Part shown: positions 49,961 to 60,780 of the stretch, in pieces
Position numbering within the stretch: the first letter of the stretch is position 1
How the letters are laid out: the number at the start of each line of letters is the position of its first letter
Position numbers and translations under genes: made by a program
Assembly (NCBI GenBank): GCA_001643675.2
Contig: LSRY02000004.1
Span: forward strand, 1,922,001 to 1,986,000
Length of the DNA: 64,000 nucleotides
From: Monocercomonoides exilis PA203
Lineage: Eukaryota; Protista; Preaxostyla
Direction: 5' to 3'
Notes under the pieces: model-generated
What the model saw: only the letters and a program-made list of their open reading frames with translations
Told to the model about the DNA's origin: nothing
Database searches by the model: none

Positions 49961-52261
49961 CTATCCCGGCTTCACCCAATTTATCCATTTCTGGACCATT
50001 TCCCATCCATTCCTCTTAGCAAGCGTTGGTTCATGTCTCATCCATTCTGGTGGCTCTGTATTAACACATGTTTCCCATATCATTGCCATTGTCTTTCCGT
50101 TTTTATCTTGATGTGTGATATCATGTCTCATCCATTCTGGTGGCTCTGTCTTCACATATGCAATCCATATCATCGCCATTGTCCATCCGTCATTATCAGT
50201 AACTGTAATCCTGTGTCGCATCCATTCTGGAGGTTCTGTTTTAGCATACTCAATCCATATCATTGCCATCGTCCATCCGTCATTATCAGTAACTGTAATC
50301 TTGTGTCGCATCCATTTTGGGGGATCTGTTAAAACTAATTCAATCCACTGCATCGCCATTGTCCTCCCCAAATTATCAGCGACTGTTATCCCATGTCGCA
50401 TCCATTTAGGGGGTTCAGTTTTCACGCACGCTATCCATATCATCGCTATGGTCCATCCGTCATTATCAGTAACTGTAATCCTGTGTCGCATCCATTCTGG
50501 AGGTTCTGTTTTAGCATACTCAATCCACATCATTGCCATTGTTTGTCCGAAATAATCTGCTATTTTAGCGTCATGCCTCATCCATGTGGGAGGTTCTGTT
50601 TTTACGAATGAAATCCATATCATTGCAATTGTTCGTTTGAAATTATCCGTAAATTTAGTGTCATGTCTCATATATTCTGGTGGCTCTGTTCCATATTTAA
50701 TGATCCAATTAATTGCTGCTTCCCCATCTTTGTCTCCAATTGTGATCCCCTGATACATCCGTTTTGGCGGCTTGATCTTTATGTATTCTTCCCTATGCTT
50801 TGCTATTGGTTTCTCTTCTTCATCACTAATTGTTAACGCTCGTCGCATCCACTCAGGCGGATTTGTTTTCACGAATGCAATCCAAATCGTCGCCATCGTA
50901 TTTCCATCTTTATCTCTTTTTGAAGGGTCATGTCTCATCCATTCATATGGTTTTGTTCGTACGAAAGCAATCCATATCATCGCCATCGTCCATCCGTCAT
51001 TATCAGTAACTGTAATCCTGTGTCGCATCCATGTGGGAGGTTCAGTTTTCACGCACGCTATCCATATCATTGCCATCGTCCATCCATCATTATCAGTAAC
51101 TGTAATCTTGTGTCGCATCCATTCTGGGGGATCTGTTCCCACGCATGCAATCCACTTCATCGCCATTGTATTTCCGACATTATCAGTAACTGTAATCCTG
51201 TGTCGCATCCATTCTGGGGGATCTGTTCCCACGCATGCAATCCACTTCATCGCTATTGTATTTCCGTCTTTGTCACAAAGAGCAATGTCATGTCTCATCC
51301 ACATGGGCGGTTCAGCCTTCACATATGAAATCCACTTCATTGCCATTGTCTTTCCGTTTTTATCCTGATGTGTGACGTCATGTCTCATCCATTCTGGGGG
51401 ATCTGTTCTCACATATGAAATCCACTTCATTGTCACTGTTCTTCCATTTTCATCAGCAAGCGTAATATTGTGTCTCATCCATTCTGGTGGTTCTGTTTTG
51501 ACGTATTTAATCCAGAACATGGCCATTGTTCTTCCTTTGTCATCCGCAAGAGTAATTCCATGTCTCATCCATTCTGGTAGATCTGTTTTCACATTTTCAA
51601 TCCACAGCATGGCCATTGTTTTTCCGTTCTCATCAGCAAGAGTAATTCCATGTCTCATCCACTCTGGTGGCTCTGTTTTTATGTTTTCTATCCATAGCAT
51701 GGCCATGGTTTTACCATCATTATCGCCAACGCCAACATGATGCCTCATCCATTTTGGTGGATCTGTTCGATATTTAATGATCCAATTCATTGCTGCTGTT
51801 TTTCCATCTTTATCTCCCAGTAAATAATCAAGTCTCATCCATTCTGGTGGCTCACTCAAGACATTTTCTATCCATATCATCGCCATTGTCTTTCCATCTT
51901 TATCAGAAATAGTAACCTCATGTCGCATCCATTCGGGAGGATTTGTTTTCACAAACACAATCCAAATCATCGCCATTGTTCGTCCCATTTTATTACCAAG
52001 AATAATATTGTGTCGCATCCATTGTGGAGGTTCTGCTTTTAGGTGTTCTATCCAAAGCATCGCCATTGTATTTCCGTCTTTGTCACAAATTGTAATGCTA
52101 TGTCGTATATGCTTGGGAGGTTCTCTCTTTTTTTCCAAGATCCAACGCATGGCGGATGTTCTTCCGTTTTTATCCTTTGCTTTTGAATTAGCTTTCATGT
52201 TTTCTGTTGTTTCATTTTCTTTTAATTTTTTTAAACTGAATGCATCTGTTGCTTTGCTCAT
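49961..52261 (-). CDS. Intronless 766-aa tandem-repeat protein: 24 full + 1 partial 30-aa ankyrin-derived repeats (DxxGxTMAMxWIxxVKTEPPEWMRHxITxx)
   Basis: Uninterrupted ATG-to-stop ORF with 90-bp periodicity. DxxGxT is the ankyrin beta-hairpin/helix-1 start, but the unit is 30 aa and the second half is atypical. Confidence 0.88.
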   Translation of the reverse strand: MSKATDAFSLKKLKENETTENMKANSKAKDKNGRTSAMRWILEKKREPPKHIRHSITICDKDGNTMAMLWIEHLKAEPPQWMRHNIILGNKMGRTMAMIWIVFVKTNPPEWMRHEVTISDKDGKTMAMIWIENVLSEPPEWMRLDYLLGDKDGKTAAMNWIIKYRTDPPKWMRHHVGVGDNDGKTMAMLWIENIKTEPPEWMRHGITLADENGKTMAMLWIENVKTDLPEWMRHGITLADDKGRTMAMFWIKYVKTEPPEWMRHNITLADENGRTVTMKWISYVRTDPPEWMRHDVTHQDKNGKTMAMKWISYVKAEPPMWMRHDIALCDKDGNTIAMKWIACVGTDPPEWMRHRITVTDNVGNTMAMKWIACVGTDPPEWMRHKITVTDNDGWTMAMIWIACVKTEPPTWMRHRITVTDNDGWTMAMIWIAFVRTKPYEWMRHDPSKRDKDGNTMATIWIAFVKTNPPEWMRRALTISDEEEKPIAKHREEYIKIKPPKRMYQGITIGDKDGEAAINWIIKYGTEPPEYMRHDTKFTDNFKRTIAMIWISFVKTEPPTWMRHDAKIADYFGQTMAMMWIEYAKTEPPEWMRHRITVTDNDGWTIAMIWIACVKTEPPKWMRHGITVADNLGRTMAMQWIELVLTDPPKWMRHKITVTDNDGWTMAMIWIEYAKTEPPEWMRHRITVTDNDGWTMAMIWIAYVKTEPPEWMRHDITHQDKNGKTMAMIWETCVNTEPPEWMRHEPTLAKRNGWEMVQKWINWVKPG

Positions 52262-52779
52262 TTTGTTTGATATATCAAAAAATATGCGGTTATTTATTTT
52301 TTCACAAAGAGATTTACAAATTAGTTATTTGATCAATTTTTCATAGAGTCTTTAAATATCTGAAATGTCATTTGATGGTAATTAAGATTAATTGTGAAAT
52401 AGTCGCTTCAACACTGTCAAATGTCAATTTTTTTAGTCGGACGCGACAGCGTTGAAGACGCTCGAGTAAATAATTGAATTTGTGAAAATAAAAATGGAAA
52501 AAAAAAACCCAAAAAATACACATTAATTTCAAAATCCCCCGGTAATTTAAATTATTTCTTTGCGACAAGAGAATTTTTTGATTTATGTTTCGGTCAAAGA
52601 TGTTGAACAATGTAGTGATCGCATTTTTTAGATTTTCTCATCGCGTTCGGAAATTTTGGTGACTTTTGAATAGGGTCAGTAATTTATCATACCCCCTTTT
52701 TATTGAAGGAACCTAAAATATCTGGCTCATAAGAGCACTTCTGAAAAAAATATAACAGGAAACCTTCAAAATGTTGATA

Positions 52780-53326
52780 TACCATTTATTATTCAAAGTT
52801 GTAAAACTAATTATTCAAAATTGTTAAACTTTTTATTCGTAATTAATAAGCTTATTATTCGAAATTGGTAAACTTCTTATTCAAAATTTATTAAATGGAA
52901 TATTTTGGGGAAAATATGCACCTTCAAGCTTTTTATGCACAAAGCACAATAAATTTCTTCACTCATAACTTTATTTCTCTTTCTCAGATTTCAAAATCAA
53001 TTTGATTTTCATATCCGTAAACAGGCATCGTTGTTATCAATACATTAAGTTTTCCAACATTTCACGAATGTCAAAAAATGTTTTTTCATTTATAATGTTT
53101 TTTTATCCAAAAAACTCAATGAAAAGTCATATTTTTCAATGAAAATGCCTGAAGTTAAATATTTTTCCCCATTTTTTTCTAAAAATTTTCATGTATTAAG
53201 CCTTCCATTGATTGATTGACGAAAAGTGATTAAAATATGATATTCAGTCAATATTCAAAATATTGATGAGAAATTAAACCTCTGAAATTGTTATTTGTGA
53301 ATAAACATGAAAATTTCTGACTTTTC

Positions 53327-53377
<51 letters not shown>

Positions 53378-54194
53378 ATCATGATTAAAATAGTATAATT
53401 TTTGAATTATTTCACCTCATATCGATAAGTTATGTGGGTGATTATTTTTGAAATCATATTTTTTCATAATATTTTTTCAGTTCAAAATTTGCTCTTGAAT
53501 ATTAACAAATGAACAGTGAAAAGTGAAAAGGCTGATAAAAAACATTTTCATCTTTTGTTCGGCAAAATTATTTTTTTTCATAACAGTTGTGGTGATTGTG
53601 GCATTTGATAACAAAATCTCTTCCAAATGATAAACTATCTTTGGAAAAACAACTCACCGAAAAAAGTTATGATTTCAAAAATAATCACCCATGTTTTATT
53701 CAATCAAGAAAAGATATATAAATTAAAGCTTATTCAGATGAACAATAAAAAACAAATGTCAAATTTTTTTTGAAAAGTTCCTTTTGTTAAATTTTAAATA
53801 AAATAAAAATTTCATATTTCAATCAAATTTTTGTTTCCACAAACGAAACTTCACAAAAATAGCAATAATTACACAGCCAATGTTTTATCTTCATGACAGT
53901 TAAATTTGGTGAGTGGAAACATAAATTTGATTGAAATAAGAAATTTTTATTTTATTCGAAAATTAAACAAAAGGAACTTATCAGAAAAATTAAGACAAAA
54001 AATTTTTTGAGAAAGTGCATTTGTGGATTTCTTCACTTCTGAAAAAATATTTGCATTCAGTTTGTTACATTGATGCAAACAACTTTTCTTGATTGAATAA
54101 TACATTATTTATCGATGTGAGGTGAAATAACTCAAAAATTATTTTATTTCCACATGATGTTTTTTTTATGAAAAATTAGAAAATTTCATGTTTC
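52780..54194. mobile_element. Older, truncated copy of the 23295 foldback family carrying three nested MITEs
   Basis: Starts ACCATTTATTATTCAAA plus five 22-bp units. Segments match 23560-24010 once the inserts at 52906-53171 (family B), 53436-53690 (GGGTGATTATTTTTGAAATCATA TIR) and ~53757-53997 (family C) are removed. Confidence 0.7.
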
Positions 54195-54786
54195 GGCATA
54201 GGTACATCTGTTCTTCTTTTGCAATTTGCGATATTAGAAATTAACTTTATGATGAAATAATAGATAAAATTAATTTAAAACTTTTGGGTGGACGAATTTT
54301 TGAAATTGTTTTTTCTTGTTGAAAAAAATCAATTTTGAAAAAGCACCCATAAATATTACAATTTTAAATCAAAATAAATAAATAAGGATAATTCCTTATT
54401 AACAAATATATGCAACGCTTTAAAGTGTTATATTAACCTTTTGTATCAAAGAATTTCTGAGAAATAAGAAAATTTTTGAAAAAAATTTTTTAAATTAATA
54501 ACTTTAGATCAATCCCACAATCAAATTTCATATTTCCAAAGATTTAGGATTAGCTTTTTTTGTGATGTGCAGGGTGCACACTTTCCAATATATTTCATTT
54601 AGAATATATGAATATTTTATTGTTGTATGCACTGATTGTTATTTTAAATATTGTTCCATAATTTTCAAAATTTGATCGTTTTTTTGCAAAATCATTATTC
54701 AAGCAATATGAAATTTTATGTTTTTTTGTTCAAAGATCAGAAATAATAACATATGAGAGAATCTTATCAAATGTATGTAATTGTTC

Positions 54787-54818
<32 letters not shown>

Positions 54819-54826
54819 CGGAAATA

Positions 54827-55096
54827 TGGGGAAAATACGGACTTTCAAGCATTTTTTGCACAAAGCCCAATAAAATTGTTTCACTCATAACTTTATTTCC
54901 CTTTCTCAGATTTCAAAATGAATTTGATTTTCATATCCGTAAGCAGGTATTGTTGAAATCATAACATAAAGTTTTCCAACATTTCACGAATGTCAAAAAA
55001 TGAAACCATTTTTATTGTGTTTTTTTATAATAAAAAAGTCATTGAAAAGTGCATAATTTTTCAATGAAATTGTCTGAAGCCAAAAATTTTGCCCCA
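54827..55096. mobile_element. MITE family B, best-preserved copy (270 bp, TA-flanked)
   Basis: TA|TGGGGAAAATA ... AATTTTGCCCCA|TA. Confidence 0.8.
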
Positions 55097-55122
55097 TATG
55101 TTGAAATGATTTCATTCAAATA

Positions 55123-57126
55123 GGGTTATAATTTTATCTCGACCTTTTTTTTATCAAAACCTTTTGTTTTTAATTAATCATTAACTTTTCCCACAATTTC
55201 ATATTTAAAAAGATTTTTAAGTATATATATGAATTCAATAGAAAAAAATAAATACATTTTGAAACAAACCCAATTTCGCATAGGGGGGAGATGGGGGGGT
55301 TTAGCCCCTTCATTGAACTTCTGTGTGGAATTGGATGGTAACATGGGGCATAAAACCTTCAGTTTGTTCAAAATGTTATTTATCGATTCTTTTTCATTTC
55401 ATTTCAATAAAAAAAAATAAAAAATTGTTATGATCGAAAAAATATTATTAAAAAATGAAAATATCAACAGAAATAAAATTAAAAGAAGGTCAGAAAAAAT
55501 TGCAGAGAGCAATGACTTCATGCTAGTATAGGAAGTATCACAGTCGGCTGGATCGAATGGCTCATATCGTTGTTGATGGAGTTGTACACGTAACGGATGC
55601 TATAAATACCAAGGAATTCAGCCGCACAGGGATTAAGAATGCTGTGAGAGCTCTCAGAAAATGAAGGCTGGTTGGAAATATTGGCAGACCTGCAGCAGTC
55701 GTGGGCGAAAAGGAACAAAGAGTTTTGGATATTATTCACATTGAAGCGAAGTCTGGAGCATGTTTAACTTTGTAAAAAACAACAGAATTGGTTTGTATAA
55801 TTTTTATTTATATGTTTTAATCATTTGTTTTTCAGATAGAAAATGTTATTAACGACAACGATGACGAAGATGCACCATTTACAGAAGTTTCAATGTCTGC
55901 CACTTATGGTTTTGTCAAGCGTCATCCGGAGCTGAAGACTGGAACACTGAAGAATTTGGATATCAACAGACTGGCTGTTTCGTGAAGAAGTGTTTTAAAA
56001 CCCTGATACAAAACACTCGACGAGCTGCATGAAAAGTCCCATAATAATACAGCTTTCATGATAAATATCGATGAATCTTCAACGCGCGTTCCCACAGACT
56101 CAAAACAGCTTGTTGTGCATACTGCAGACACAAAAGCAGGTTTTACGAAAGAACCACCAAGAATGATTAATTCTTCATTCGTGGCAGCTGTTGCAGCAGA
56201 TGGATATGCCTTTCCTTCTGTCATTTTGTGGCCAAGTGCAAAGCTGCCAGAAGAGCTGAAAAGCCTGTTATCTCCAACGCTTGAGATATGGGCAAACGAA
56301 AGCAGCTGGATGGACAACGTGTGCCTTTAAAGGGATGCTCTCACAGTTCTTCTTCTTTCTGTCATCGAAAGAAGAAAGCGCATGTCACTTGAAAACGAAC
56401 ACATTCTTCTCCTTCTTGATTTCCACGCTTTTCGTGCAAATCAATTGATCTGTCGACAATTTCTGATATGACAAATCAACGTTTTAACCTTCGTGCCACA
56501 CAGCACACACCTCTGTCAGCCGTTAGACAAAGGGGTGTTTGCTGTGTTCAAATCTGAATTGACAAACAGATTAAAGTCTCCATCTTCTTCTTCATCTTCC
56601 TCCAAACGAGCTGCAATTTCCGACGTTCTGCCTCAAGCCATCCACACTGCATTATCTCCTTCTGTAATTCAGAAAGCTTTCATCTGCAGTGGTGTTCTTC
56701 ACAATTCTTCTGGGCCAGTTCTTTTGAAACTGCCCGAATCTTCGATTAACCATCTTCCATCCCGATGAAATAGATTCAACTTTTATGGAAAGGTGATAAC
56801 CAACGAGAATCTTTTTGAGAAATGGGAAAATCATTTGAAAATGAATGTTGAAAGGAAAAATGAAATGGATGAAAAGGAGAAAGATGAAGTGAAGACTGTT
56901 GTGGATGAAAAGAAAAAAATAAAAAGAAGATTTTTTCATGTGAAAAACGATGATTCTGAAGATGAAAAAAAAGATAATGAATCAAATCGAGCTGAAAAAA
57001 AAGGAAAGTTATCAGAAGAATTAATTCTGATTTTGTTTTCTTTTTATTATGTTGTTTTTTTGCATTTTTTTCACTTCATTTTTTGGGTCAGAATAAAGAA
57101 AAAGGGTCAGGATAAAATAATAACTC
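55123..57126 (+). mobile_element. Second pogo-like (DDE_1) transposon, ~27-bp TIRs, TA-flanked; transposase pseudogene with intron
   Basis: TA|GGGTTATAATTTTATCTCGACC versus reverse complement of right end TA|GAGTTATTATTTTATCCTGACC. Motifs INIDES, VAADG, ESSWMD, LLLD.H, VPHSTHLCQPLD, KAF..SG; several in-frame stops; intron 55791-55835. Confidence 0.88.
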
Positions 57127-57899
57127 TATTCTCATTTTTCAAAATCAAGATCGGATGCAAAAATTGGACCAAAAAAAGAAAGGAGGTTCAACATCCTTCA
57201 ATTACTTCCACAGGCACCCTCAGAAACGCACATAGCTGAGAAGATGAAAAAAACAGACACTTATTTTATGAAGAAGAATTTTATAAGGAAGCAGGATAAA
57301 AAGCAAAACGATGAAAAAGAGCATCAATAAAAATTAGAACAGAGTTATATATACTTTCACCGCAGTTTTTAGAAAGACTGAAAGATGAATGGAAGTAATG
57401 AAGAAGAGAGAGGGGGGGAAAAAGAGAAGAATTGATTATTGAAAAAGAAAGATAAAAGGAAGAGCTGACTGAAATGAAAATTTCATTAAGGAAATATTTA
57501 CCTTTAAAATCGATGAATTTGATTATTTAAGGATAAAGATGAAAAAAATTGAAAAACTGAGAACAAATAGAGAAAGAAGAAAATAGGAAAATAAGTGTTG
57601 ACTGAGGTTTATTTTTTGTTTCGAGCTGGATGATAATAAAGTTCATGAAGAAGAAAATATTAAATTTTGTAATTACTTTTCTTTTGAGTATTCTGTTTGT
57701 CTTATTTTATAAATTCAATTTTTCAAAAGAATTTCATTTAAATAATTAATTTGGAAAATTATTTACAAAAAGAAAAACTTTTTATTGCAAATCATTTTAA
57801 TAAGAGCAATGAATTTCAATAATATCATATTATTGACTGGGTGTTTTTGAAATGTTTGATATCCCTTTGAAACGCTAAAAATATAAAAAGCGTTATATG

Positions 57900-60780
57900 A
57901 GTCCTCATTGATTGTATCTTCAGAATGAACTGTCTGACATTTGATGTCATCTCCATCAATCACACACCCATCAATCACAAGTGCGTCCGTGAAAAAATAA
58001 ATATCTTCAATTGTCACTTCATCTTTCACTTTCACTTTCCTTTCTCCTTCTGTCTCACTTCTATCAATGTGGCTTATTCCACTCCACATCGATTGACATG
58101 GATATCCATCGCTTCCACATCCCAATGTGTCATACCCCTCCCTCGACACACATACCTCCATTCCCTTCATTTCAACAAGAAATAGCTCAAGATCAACACT
58201 CTCTGCAAAATGCTCTCTGTCAATCCCTTTCATATCAACTGCCTGACCTTCTCCTTCTCCTTCTCCATTTTCATATTTGTATTCAAATCCAAACCTCTCC
58301 TTCGTCACTGTTTCATTCAGTTTCTTGCATGAAATGAACAAATCCCTTCCCTCAGCTGCAACATTGTCTTCAAATACCAATGTTGTCAACGAAAAGTTAT
58401 TCACACAATCATCACTCAAATCCAGATATATTCCTCCTCCTCTTCCTCCATTTCCATTCGCAGAGCATCTCAATTTGGATGTTGATCCCATTTCAGTCAA
58501 ATCATTCAACTTCATCTCGCTCTTCAAACATCCTCCACTCACACTTTCTGTCTCGATATTCTCAAATCTGCTTTCTCCATCAACCCTCAAACTCGATCCT
58601 CCATTCGATGTTATCAGCGATCATGCTCCCACAACACACCACAACGCTGTCATGTTCCTCAATGTGATTTCCGATCCACAATTCACCACCATCACTCCTC
58701 CTCCACTGGTCTCAATCCCACTCAATGAACAGTACTCAAATATCACATTCCCTCCTCCAAATCTTGCAATTCCACATTCTTCGAATCTTATCCCATTCAT
58801 TTCTGTTCTTTCTATTCGAATAACCCTTCCATTCCCAATCACTATCCACTTCCCACACTCATTCACATTTGAATTCCCTTCTCCTCCTGAAAACAAACAA
58901 TCCAAAATGAAACAGTCCCCAATCCTCACTTCCACAATCGATTCATCACCACTCACACATGCAAAGGAGGAGCATTGAAGAGAAATCTGAAGAAGTGACA
59001 TAGTCAAATGTGTTAACCCATCTCCTTCTGTCAATTCAAATTTCCCTCCCTCTTCAACAACCAGCTGTTTCTCTTTCTTCATTCCCTTTGATTGTCAGTC
59101 CTTTTTCACCTCTGTTGATCGTCTTGCTCACTGAAGCAGCACCAACAAGAATAATGCTCTATATCTCATCGTTCAATCGATCAAACCCAATATCAACAGA
59201 TGAGCAATGATTTTCTTTCGCTCCACAACTTGATAATTCGTTTCCAGCATTGCTCACAAACAAATTTGATCCCAATCTTGGAAACAGATAATTGATCAGT
59301 GAGTCTTCTTTTCTTGGTTCAGATGACTCAAGCACCCATATCTTATTTTCTGCTGTGACTCTTGTGGCTGTCCCTTCCCACAACGCCGGAAGAAGCATCG
59401 TCCATGGTGATCCACACACCAAATACACATCTTCTCCTTTTTCTGCAACATTGTTCGTGAAATCATCATTCTTCATTGAGTATTCAATATTCGTCGTTTC
59501 TAATGTCAGATACATCCCTCCTCCTTTTCCGCTAATCTCTGCAACTCTGCATCCATTCATCTTGTTATCATCAAACAACAGTTTTCCTCCATCTCCCACA
59601 ATCATAACAACCCCTCCCTTAATTGCACTCATTGAATTACATCTGCATTCCTCAAACATGCATTTGTTTATATCCACACACTTCCCGCTCCCCACTCTCC
59701 CATTCAACACCCCTCCATTCCCATTCACTCTCTGAATCGATTTGAATGTGCAGTTCCAGAATTTGGCATAAATCCCTTCTCCAATCTCAATCTCATTTCC
59801 ATTCTCAAAACGAGATTCATTCATCGTTGTGTTCTTTATCTCAACATCCCCTCCATTTCTCAGCTAAAATAGGCTTCTTCCCACATTTTCTCTTGTCACA
59901 ATCCTCACAATCACTTCAACAATCAATCCTCCAGCCCCAATTCCATCAAAGGTCACCATCCCTGATTTGGTCATTGCAAAATCTCTTAATTCACATTTCA
60001 CCAACTCCACTTTCCCTCCTTCCCCAAAAATCAATCCCACTCCAATCTCTTCTGATTTTGCGCCAAATGAACATCCCTCAAATCTCAGTGTATTTTCACT
60101 GCACAGAAATACACACTCCTTTCTTGATTCGGCAAATGTTGATATCGAAAATACCAACGACGAAAACGATATCGTTTGTTCGCCCATTATCAAAAATACG
60201 TTTTCTCCCTCTCATCCTTCGCAGATTCCAATTTTTGCCTTTGCAACATTTCCGTTAATGTTCTTTTCTTGAGCGTTAAGTGTCATTCCATCGAAAATAG
60301 AACTTCCATCAACCAGTTTCAATGTTGATGGTGATGTGCCAAACACACTTATTCCTGCATAAATCAAAGTGGAACATCGAAAGTCCAGATTTCCCTGCTT
60401 ATGATAGTTCATCCCTCAATTTTCCACCATTTACATAACTAATTTTTGATTTCTTTCGAAGATCAAACTGAAATTGGCTTTCATTAATCTAAGATGTAAT
60501 GTTGAAGCATTCAATGAAAATGTCATTTCCCGCTTTTCATGTGTTTGCGCTGAATTTCATTCCCACAAATGAAAAATCAAGATCCCTCTTTCCTTTGTTG
60601 CCAAATACACTCCTCCTAACCTTCTCTTTGTTGTTGTCTCAGCTGTAATGACTGATTGTTGATTAATAATCATTATTGATTCAGACGCATCAAATGCTTA
60701 GAATATTACCCCTCCAATTTTATTTGAATCTATGTTGTCTGCAACATTCCGAACTGAGAAATTATAATTATGTAATGTAT
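57900..60780 (-). pseudogene. Decayed Pmp-like (GGxI / FxxN) parallel beta-helix protein gene
   Basis: Consecutive broken ORFs with GNGGVL, GKGGGMYL..FTNNVAEKGEDVY, GGRGGGIYL..FEDNVAAEGRDLF and CG...PC repeats; multiple frameshifts; 3'-truncated. Confidence 0.75.

Noticed and set aside
49678-52672. WMRH gene as cargo between the neighbouring TA|GGG ends
   Set aside because: The ends at 49677 and 52673 belong to elements extending away from the gene, so they do not enclose it.
53329-53376. Long poly(A) run (and poly(T) at ~54789-54818) as a retroposon tail
   Set aside because: The poly(A) aligns with a short A-run inside the foldback family (~23687). There is no RT, SINE body or TSD.
39745-56500. 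In-frame TGA/TAA/TAG in transposases as evidence of stop-codon reassignment
   Set aside because: Host genes of up to ~5,000 codons have no internal stops and end in TAA, TAG or TGA; the transposases also have frameshifts, so this is decay or homopolymer error.
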